64,000 nt of DNA from contig JAEETL010000005.1 of the NCBI GenBank assembly GCA_016290325.1, positions 5,019 to 69,018 of the forward strand, in the 5' to 3' direction. This stretch comes from Muribaculaceae bacterium. GTDB taxonomy: Bacteria > Bacteroidota > Bacteroidia > Bacteroidales > Muribaculaceae. How positions within the stretch are numbered: position 1 is the stretch's first letter; every line of letters begins with the position of its first letter. This document shows positions 17,811 to 24,702 of this stretch, in pieces. Position numbers and translations under genes: made by a program. The notes beneath the pieces are model-generated. The model had not been told where the DNA came from. It searched no databases and worked only from the letters and a program-made list of their open reading frames with translations.

Positions 17811-19907
17811 TCAGAACTCGAGGGGGATGGTGAGTTTGAAGATGATGTTGCGGCCCATGTTCAGCACGCCCTGGCGGCCCGTGACGGGATTGACATCAGC
17901 ATACTTGAGGCGGCTCAGGTGGCTCTGATAGGCCTTGTTGGTAAGGTTGGTCCCCATGATGCTCAAGCATGCCACGCGCTGTCCCTTGCACATAATATCG
18001 GCACCGATAGCGGCATTGAGCAGGCAATAGGCCGGTGTGGCGGTCTCGGTGTCGTCGGCACGGTAGAAGTGGTTCTGCTTGAAGTTGTAGTCCACACCCA
18101 GCGAGATGAAGGCGTTGTTCATCACGCGTCCGTCATGCAGGATTTCCCACTTGATGTCGGACTGCCAACGCGGAGCCGGGGTGAACGGCAGGTACTTGGA
18201 TTCCTCGGGCTGATGCAACTGCACGGCATTGACCAGGGAGAAACTGGAACCCAAATGCAGGAAGTGCCAGGGGTGAATGTCCACGGCAAACTCGCCGCCC
18301 AGCAACTGGGCATCGCCGCTGTCGTAGCGATAGGTCATGAACTGATTGTAGATGACGGCGCCAGTGCGATGAATGAAAATGTAATTGTCGATGCGGTTGC
18401 TGAAAAGCGACAGTTGTGCGTCCATCCATGAGGTGGTGAGTTCCGCGCCAAGGTCGAACTGCAGGCTGAACTCGGGCTTGAGGTCACGGTTGCCTACCTC
18501 GTAGCGCAGCGAGCCCTCATGCACGCCGTTGCTTGCCAACTCGCTGATGTTGGGCGCACGGAAGCCACGGGCCGCGTTAGCCCTCAAGTCCAAGTGCTCG
18601 GTGGCGTGCCACACGGCACCCACGCTGGCGGTAAAGCCACTAAAGTTGCGCTTGAAGGCCTGGAAGCGCACGTCGCCATATTCCGTCAGTTTGCGGCTGT
18701 CGAGATGGCGGTTGTCGAAACGCATACCTCCATTCAAGGCCCAGTTGCCAACGTTGGCGGTCGTCGTGATGAACACACCGAAGTCAAATAGGTTATAGTT
18801 GGGAATCAGGAACTCGTAGCCCTTGTTGAGCGAACTCTGCCACATGCCGCTCACGCCGCTGGTGATGCGCCAGTCTCCCAAGCGCCTGGTCACGTAGTGG
18901 ATGTTATAGTTGACCGTGTGCAGCTTGAGATAGAGACCGTACTCATCCGGATACTCAAACTCCTGGCGACGGTTCTGCTGGTAAGCCAGCACGGCATTGA
19001 AACGGCCGTCAGCCAGATAGAACGAATTATCAAGCACAGCCTTGTAATGATACACCTGTTGGTAAGGCAAGCCGTGGTGATAGGTCTTAGTGTCGGTATA
19101 AGGTTGTTCCAATTCGCCCGTCAACGGGTCGCGCTCGCCCTCGGCGATGCTGGGCGTGAGGTGGAAATATGAACCAATCAGACGCGTGTGACCCCACGCC
19201 TTATTGATACCCAGCATGCCCGAAAATGCACGCTCGCGGAACTGGGTGTTGGGCACATAGCCGTCAATGGGGGTCTTGTAGGCATGGGCAAACTTGTCGC
19301 CATAGCGGACATTCCATGACAGGCCCCGCTTGTTGCCGCCATAGTTGAACGAGTAGTTCACGAGACCGCTGTTAGTGTGGTACTCGGTGTTCACATTCAG
19401 ACGCATCTTGCCCAACGGCACAACGGGGTCGGTGTTGAGTTTGAGAACTCCCGCTAGGGCGTCCGAGCCATAGAGCAGGCTCGCAGGTCCCTTGAGCACC
19501 TCGACCGAGCTCACGGCATTGGCGTCAATTTCCACGCCGTGCTCGTCGCCCCACTGCTGCCCCTCCTGGCGTACGCCGTCGGCAACAACGACCACACGGT
19601 TATATCCCAAACCGCGGATGACGGGCTTGGAGATGCCGCTGCCGGTGCTCACCTGAGACACCCCAGGCAACTTGGCCACAGCATCGACAATGTTGGTTGC
19701 CGGAGTCATGCGCAACCTGTTGCGGTCAACGATTCCTGCAGGCATCGACATGTCCTGCATCTTCACGGCACCTGTCGGGCCGGTAACTACCACTTGTTTA
19801 AGTTCTATGTGGCGAAAGAACACATCGGTCGAGTCGAGCACGGCCGTTTCTTGAGCTGCCATCGTGCAAGCGCACGCCAACAGCAGAATCGATAAGTATG
19901 ATTTCAT
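17811..19907 (-). CDS. TonB-dependent receptor (about 700 aa, non-SusC type)
   Basis: Signal peptide, plug domain (VVTGPTG..IRGLGYNRVVVVADGVRQEGQQWGDEHG), a long beta-barrel, and a terminal aromatic residue (..TIPLEF). Confidence 0.9.
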   Translation of the reverse strand: MKSYLSILLLACACTMAAQETAVLDSTDVFFRHIELKQVVVTGPTGAVKMQDMSMPAGIVDRNRLRMTPATNIVDAVAKLPGVSQVSTGSGISKPVIRGLGYNRVVVVADGVRQEGQQWGDEHGVEIDANAVSSVEVLKGPASLLYGSDALAGVLKLNTDPVVPLGKMRLNVNTEYHTNSGLVNYSFNYGGNKRGLSWNVRYGDKFAHAYKTPIDGYVPNTQFRERAFSGMLGINKAWGHTRLIGSYFHLTPSIAEGERDPLTGELEQPYTDTKTYHHGLPYQQVYHYKAVLDNSFYLADGRFNAVLAYQQNRRQEFEYPDEYGLYLKLHTVNYNIHYVTRRLGDWRITSGVSGMWQSSLNKGYEFLIPNYNLFDFGVFITTTANVGNWALNGGMRFDNRHLDSRKLTEYGDVRFQAFKRNFSGFTASVGAVWHATEHLDLRANAARGFRAPNISELASNGVHEGSLRYEVGNRDLKPEFSLQFDLGAELTTSWMDAQLSLFSNRIDNYIFIHRTGAVIYNQFMTYRYDSGDAQLLGGEFAVDIHPWHFLHLGSSFSLVNAVQLHQPEESKYLPFTPAPRWQSDIKWEILHDGRVMNNAFISLGVDYNFKQNHFYRADDTETATPAYCLLNAAIGADIMCKGQRVACLSIMGTNLTNKAYQSHLSRLKYADVNPVTGRQGVLNMGRNIIFKLTIPLEF

Positions 19908-19993
19908 TCTGTGATTCTTTTTAATGAGTAAATAGGATGTTGAAACAGCCAGATAATCAATCTATAGCAGACTATCTGACACACACTAATGAA

Positions 19994-20368
19994 TCACAAA
20001 ACGAATGGTGGTGCACGCAACGAGGGATGGGCCACGACCCGATCAACCAGCTCGATGGCCAAGAAAAACTCCAAATGAGATGTTACCTGCTTTACCACAA
20101 GGGTGGCTACCGCGCGGGGAACATCTATCTGTGTGCTGAGGAACCTGCACGACAAGCACTCATCAATATGGTGGTGGCTTGCAGTGATGTGGCCCGAGTG
20201 ATGAACCGCAGTGTGGCACTGATCGCAGTCAACAACCCTGGAGAAGTCATTGAGTGTATGGACATGAAGCGAAGCAAGCAGCAGCATCGGCACATAAACC
20301 AACAGCATAATCCAGGCGAACAAACGTTGCCTGCGAGTGATGCCGTTATGTAAGTGCTCGCTTCTCAT
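19994..20368 (-). CDS. His/Cys-rich small membrane protein, candidate metal-binding partner of the adjacent TonB-dependent receptor
   Basis: One TM helix, then HVHTLNDFSRVVDCDQCHTAVHHSGHITASHHHIDECLSC. I set the start to ATG 20368, 6 nt after a TAtcTTTG box, so the start is uncertain. Confidence 0.5.
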   Translation of the reverse strand: MRSEHLHNGITRRQRLFAWIMLLVYVPMLLLASLHVHTLNDFSRVVDCDQCHTAVHHSGHITASHHHIDECLSCRFLSTQIDVPRAVATLVVKQVTSHLEFFLAIELVDRVVAHPSLRAPPFVL

Positions 20369-20470
20369 GCGCCGCAAAGATAGTGCTATTTCTAAAAAAA
20401 CAAATCTAAAACCACAATAATTCACTCTTTTCGGGTGGGATGCGCTAAAAATGTAATTATCCTAAATTTA

Positions 20471-20590
20471 TATAGAATAGGATGATGTCCTCGTAGTGGC
20501 CGTCCTTCATGAGGAAGCCTTGGGGGATTCGGCCCAGTTGTGTGAAGCCCAAGCGCTCATAGAGATGCAAGGCATGGGCAGCTACAACCA
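20471..20590 (-). pseudogene. truncated 3' fragment (about the last 38 codons plus stop) of a GNAT gene, near-identical to 16361-16488
   Basis: There are 2 mismatches in the 99-nt core (20479-20577 versus 16369-16467) and a 5-nt indel further on. No upstream coding part remains. Confidence 0.85.
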
Positions 20591-20659
20591 TAATTATAAA
20601 AAAACCGTGACTAGAAAAATCACATCAGATGCCGTTAAGATACAGCTGCTCCTAGTTAT

Positions 20660-20679
20660 TTATATCGCGTGCGATATAA
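20660..20679. promoter_or_regulatory. perfect 9-2-9 palindrome TTATATCGC-GT-GCGATATAA, candidate MarR/OhrR operator 1
   Basis: Read directly. It lies in the gpx-ohrR upstream region. Confidence 0.5.
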
Positions 20680-20704
20680 TGTTAAACTATCTTAAAGTTT
20701 AGGG

Positions 20705-20724
20705 TAAATCGCTTGCGATATAAA
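20705..20724. promoter_or_regulatory. imperfect copy TAAATCGC-TT-GCGATATAAA, candidate operator 2
   Basis: Same half-site as operator 1, centred 45 bp downstream. Confidence 0.45.
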
Positions 20725-20734
20725 TTTTTTGCCC

Positions 20735-20742
20735 TACATTTG
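20735..20742 (+). promoter_or_regulatory. -7 box TAcaTTTG of the gpx-ohrR operon
   Basis: Exact TAnnTTTG match 42 nt upstream of ATG 20784. It overlaps operator 3. Confidence 0.5.
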
Positions 20743-20758
20743 TATCGCGAACGATATA
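20741..20758. promoter_or_regulatory. imperfect copy TGTATCGC-GA-ACGATATA, candidate operator 3 overlapping the promoter
   Basis: Third occurrence of the TATCGC-N2-GCGATA-like dyad. Confidence 0.4.
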
Positions 20759-20783
20759 AATAACAATTATAACATCAATTGAA

Positions 20784-21329
20784 ATGGAAAAGATTTATGA
20801 TTTCAAGGCTCTGTCGAGCAGAGGTAAAGAGATTGATTTCTCGGAGTTTAAGGGTAAGGTATTGCTGATTGTGAACACGGCCAGCAAGTGCGGTTTCACA
20901 CCCCAGTTCGCTGGACTGGAGGAGTTGAACCAGAAGTATAAGGAGCAAGGTTTGGTGATCATCGGTTTTCCCTGCAACCAATTCAAGGAGCAGGATCCAG
21001 GCACTGACGGAGAGATTGAACAATTCTGCCAGTTGAACTACGGCGTGACGTTCCAAATCATGAAGAAGGTCGATGTAAACGGCCCCGCAGCAGAGCCCAT
21101 CTTTGAGTATCTGAAGGCTCAAGCCCCCACCGAGGTGTACCACGGCCTGAAGGCAAAGGCCATGTCCAAACTCATCAAATCCATCAGCAAGAGCGTGGAG
21201 AAGGACAGCGACATCAAGTGGAACTTCACCAAATTCTTGATCTCGAAGGATGGCGAGACCATCAAGCGTTATGCTCCCACCACCGAGCCTAAGGACTTTG
21301 AGAGGGATGTTGAGGCAATGCTGGCTTAA
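20784..21329 (+). CDS. gpx: glutathione peroxidase family (Cys-type, cytoplasmic)
   Basis: VNTASKCGFTPQ, FPCNQF and KWNFTKFLI catalytic signature. Confidence 0.9.
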   Translation: MEKIYDFKALSSRGKEIDFSEFKGKVLLIVNTASKCGFTPQFAGLEELNQKYKEQGLVIIGFPCNQFKEQDPGTDGEIEQFCQLNYGVTFQIMKKVDVNGPAAEPIFEYLKAQAPTEVYHGLKAKAMSKLIKSISKSVEKDSDIKWNFTKFLISKDGETIKRYAPTTEPKDFERDVEAMLA

Positions 21330-21338
21330 TACTGGGTT

Positions 21339-21779
21339 ATGCATCCTGAATTACAATTAGATAACCAAATCTGCTTTCGCCTCTATTCGGCGGCGAGGCT
21401 GGTCACCCAGGCCTATACGCCGATGCTCAAGACCCTGGGCATCACCTATCCGCAGTACCTCGTGCTGATGGTGCTGTGGGAAAAGGACTGCCAGCCCGTC
21501 AACGACATCGCCCAACGCCTGCTGCTGGAGACCAACACCGTCACCCCCCTACTCCAGCGCATGGAGAGGCTTGGGCTCCTGAGCCGCAAGAAGTGTGAGC
21601 GGGACAAGCGCCAGCACATCGTCTGCCTCACTGCAAGAGGCAAGCAGCTGGAAGAGAAAGCTTACGAACTGATTCCTGCAGGTATGGGCGAGCAGCTTGA
21701 TGCCTGTCACCTTAAGCTACAGGAATTCCAACTGTTAGCTCAAGAATTAGACTCAATTATCAACACATTGAAAAAATAA
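21339..21779 (+). CDS. ohrR: MarR family regulator, OhrR-like organic-hydroperoxide sensor
   Basis: LDNQICFRLYSAARLVTQAYTPMLKTLGITYPQYLVLMVLWE matches the OhrR N-terminus, including the sensing Cys. Confidence 0.8.
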   Translation: MHPELQLDNQICFRLYSAARLVTQAYTPMLKTLGITYPQYLVLMVLWEKDCQPVNDIAQRLLLETNTVTPLLQRMERLGLLSRKKCERDKRQHIVCLTARGKQLEEKAYELIPAGMGEQLDACHLKLQEFQLLAQELDSIINTLKK

Positions 21780-21902
21780 TCAAGAAATGATGGCACATGG
21801 ATGCAATAAACAGCTAATCCCGTGCTATCAGCTATCACAAACCCCACACCTTGATGGGTTAGCTCAAGAAACAGTATAACTAATTTATAAAGGAATAACT
21901 CT

Positions 21903-23042
21903 ATGAAAAAAATGATGACTATCTGCCTGCTGGCAGCCGCAAGTGCGCTGAGCCTATCGGCCCAATCCATCTATGACATCACCGTGAAGGATGATATGGG
22001 TAAAGACATCTCACTTGCCGACTATAAGGGCAAGGTGTTGCTGATCGTGAACACAGCTACCCGTTGCGGTTTCACGCCACAGTACAACGAACTGGAGGCG
22101 CTCTATGAGAAGTATCATGCCGACGGGCTCGAAATCCTCGACTTCCCCTGCAACCAGTTTGGAGAACAGGCTCCCAGCACAATCGAGGAGATTCACCAGT
22201 TCTGCACGGCCAACTTCAACATCCAGTTCCCGCAGTTTGACAAAATCGATGTGAACGGAGCCAATGAGTCACCACTGTTCACCTATCTGAAAGCCAAGAA
22301 GGGATTTGGCGGCTTCGACCTTAACGACCAGACTGGCAAGTTCATGGATGAGATGCTCCGCAAGCGTGATGCCGACTATGACAAGAAGAGTGACATCAAG
22401 TGGAACTTCACCAAGTTCCTTGTTTCCCGTGACGGGCGTGTCGTGAAGCGCTATGAGCCCACCGACAAGATGACCGACATCGATGCCGATATTGAGATTG
22501 AAATGAATCCCGTCATCAGTAACATCATGGCCCGCCGTTCTATCCGCAAGTATCTTGACAAGCCCGTTGAGCACGAGAAACTGGAGATGGTCGTGCGCTG
22601 TGGCATCAACGCTCCGAGCGGCATGAACCGCCAGCCGTGGATAGTCCGCGTGGTGGAGGACCAGCAACTGATTGCCGACGTGACCGAGGTCTATAAGCGC
22701 AATAACCCCGAACAGGTAAAGCGCGACAAGGACTTCAAAAACATGTTCCGCAATGCCCCCAACCTCATCTGCGTCTGCACTCCGGCCGAGGGCGGCGGTG
22801 AGCTCGATGCCGGCCTTCTTGGCGAGAACATGATGCTGGCAGCACAGTCCTTAGGACTCGGCACTTGCTGCCTTGGTGGCCCCGTGCGCTTCCTGAACGC
22901 TAACTCAGATGCTAAGTTCTTCCTTGACCGACTCGACATTCCCGAGGGCTACAAGCTGAACTACATCCTCGCCATCGGCTACCCCGACGAGCAGCCCGAT
23001 GCCAAGCCTCGTGACGCGGCTAAAGTAAAGTATATCAAATAA
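21903..23042 (+). CDS. fusion protein: signal peptide + glutathione peroxidase domain + nitroreductase (FMN) domain
   Basis: The N-terminus MKKMMTICLLAAASALSLSAQS is followed by VNTATRCGFTPQ / FPCNQF / KWNFTKFLV. From about residue 205, RRSIRKY..GINAPSGMNRQPW..LGLGTCCLGG is a nitroreductase fold. Confidence 0.85.
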   Translation: MKKMMTICLLAAASALSLSAQSIYDITVKDDMGKDISLADYKGKVLLIVNTATRCGFTPQYNELEALYEKYHADGLEILDFPCNQFGEQAPSTIEEIHQFCTANFNIQFPQFDKIDVNGANESPLFTYLKAKKGFGGFDLNDQTGKFMDEMLRKRDADYDKKSDIKWNFTKFLVSRDGRVVKRYEPTDKMTDIDADIEIEMNPVISNIMARRSIRKYLDKPVEHEKLEMVVRCGINAPSGMNRQPWIVRVVEDQQLIADVTEVYKRNNPEQVKRDKDFKNMFRNAPNLICVCTPAEGGGELDAGLLGENMMLAAQSLGLGTCCLGGPVRFLNANSDAKFFLDRLDIPEGYKLNYILAIGYPDEQPDAKPRDAAKVKYIK

Positions 23043-23046
23043 TCAT

Positions 23047-23622
23047 ATGAACATGACGATGAAAAGTTTCAATGCTAAACCGTGGATACTTCCACAACCT
23101 GTGCTGATTATCGGCACTTATGACAACGACGGCAAACCCAATGCGATGAACGCAGCATGGGGCGGCCAGTGGGACATGAACGAAATCATGATTTCGCTCG
23201 GCTCTCATGCCACGACCGACAATCTTAAAGTGAATGACGGCTTCACCGTTGCATTTGCCACGGTCGGGACGATGGTGGCCGCCGACTATGTGGGCATCGT
23301 GAGCGGACGCAACACGCCCGACAAGATGCAAAAGGCGGGCTGGACTGCCCAAAAGGCGCCCAACGTGAATGCGCCCGTATTCATGGAGCTACCCATGACA
23401 ATGGAATGCCGCGTGAAAGAGAAGCTGGATGAATCAGAATCAGGCTATAATCTCGTTGCCGAAATCGTCAACGTCCTATGTGACGAGAAATACCTTGATC
23501 TTGACGGCAATCCCGATGTGGAGAAAATGGAACTGATTACCTACAACCCGGTTCAACACACCTACATCCAGCTGGGCAAAACTGTCGGCAAGGCTTTCTC
23601 TGACGGCGCGAAATTGAAATAA
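23047..23622 (+). CDS. flavin reductase-like (flavoredoxin) domain protein
   Basis: PQPVLIIGTYDNDGKPNAMNAAWGG pattern. Confidence 0.8.
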   Translation: MNMTMKSFNAKPWILPQPVLIIGTYDNDGKPNAMNAAWGGQWDMNEIMISLGSHATTDNLKVNDGFTVAFATVGTMVAADYVGIVSGRNTPDKMQKAGWTAQKAPNVNAPVFMELPMTMECRVKEKLDESESGYNLVAEIVNVLCDEKYLDLDGNPDVEKMELITYNPVQHTYIQLGKTVGKAFSDGAKLK

Positions 23623-23668
23623 CGCGGCCTTAAGATAAATAAAGCACTGATAATCAAGCTATTTGTAT

Positions 23669-23698
23669 AGTAGAGACGCAAGATTTTGCGTCTCTACT
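23669..23698. terminator. conserved 30-nt palindromic hairpin terminator, copy 2 (AGTAGAGACGCAAGATTTTGCGTCTCTACT)
   Basis: Read directly. It lies 47 nt after the flavin reductase stop. Confidence 0.7.
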
Positions 23699-23975
23699 AT
23701 TATTAATGGCAATATATTTAAATTTTTAGTTTAAAAACAGCATATCAATTTACTGATGTTCAATATTTACCATAATTCAAAGATAAACCAATAGGTCTCT
23801 TGATTATTGCCATAAACACAGGGCCATCCATCATTATTGCGCCTATAGTTTTCCTGTACCATGGTTGGAGGTATGATGGATTTATTGTATCTTTGCAGCG
23901 TTAGTCGTTACCCATTGACGGTACGGCACGCGAGCAAACCATTCAGAACATTCTAACCAATAAATTGATATAACG

Positions 23976-24488
23976 ATGAAAAAACTCTTAATTATCGCCG
24001 CTGTGTTGCTTGCCACCACCATCGCACTCACAGCATGTGGTGACGATGAGCCCAGCGAACAAACCACTGCGACCGCCACCTATTCCCTGACGTTATCACA
24101 GGATCTGCTTGATGCCTGCAACGTGTTTATCACTTACAAAGCCGAGAATGGGCGCAATGTCCATGAAGCGGTATTGACGCCCCGCTGGACCAAAACCGTG
24201 ACTTCGACCCGATTTCCTGCCGAGTTTGGAGTGGAGTACACTTTCAGCACCAAAAGCGACGGCGAACTGGTCAAGGACAAGTATGACCTGGAATGCATCT
24301 TCCAGTTCTCGGTTTACACATCCAAGGGCGCATCTTACACTAACAGCACTGTCATCTTGAGCGACGATGATGTTGCCAAAAACAGGGTAGTTGAATTCCT
24401 AAAACGCTATAGCGGTAAATCCACTGGATATAAGGTAACCGAGAACGGTAACGTATCCCCAGCCAATAACATGGACTACTCTTATTAA
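23976..24488 (+). CDS. lipoprotein, unknown function
   Basis: Lipobox IALTAC. A TAtcTTTG box lies about 80 nt upstream. Confidence 0.6.
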   Translation: MKKLLIIAAVLLATTIALTACGDDEPSEQTTATATYSLTLSQDLLDACNVFITYKAENGRNVHEAVLTPRWTKTVTSTRFPAEFGVEYTFSTKSDGELVKDKYDLECIFQFSVYTSKGASYTNSTVILSDDDVAKNRVVEFLKRYSGKSTGYKVTENGNVSPANNMDYSY

Positions 24489-24584
24489 ATTATCATCGGG
24501 AGAGTTGTGGCCCGTTATCATTCATCAAGATAACTTTTCCGCAAAAATTAGCTACATTTTTTTGGCAGAATTAATCTTTTTCTA

Positions 24585-24592
24585 TATTTTTG
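24585..24592 (+). promoter_or_regulatory. -7 box TAttTTTG for T9SS cargo gene 1
   Basis: Exact match. It sits at the equivalent position to the box at 26808 and is followed by a conserved AT-rich leader of about 105 nt. Confidence 0.45.
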
Positions 24593-24702
24593 TGGCTAAA
24601 TAAAGCAATAAGACCATTAATTTATTATTATTATAGTTTTCCAATTGACTATCATTTAGTGTTTTAACCAATATTTTTTATTAACTTTAATTTCATTATT
24701 GT

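Noticed and set aside
20496-20702. 68-aa ORF on the plus strand downstream of the His-rich gene
   Set aside because: Its first half is the antisense reading of the GNAT 3' fragment, the same shadow frame as 16263-16862. It then runs into the operator and promoter region of gpx.
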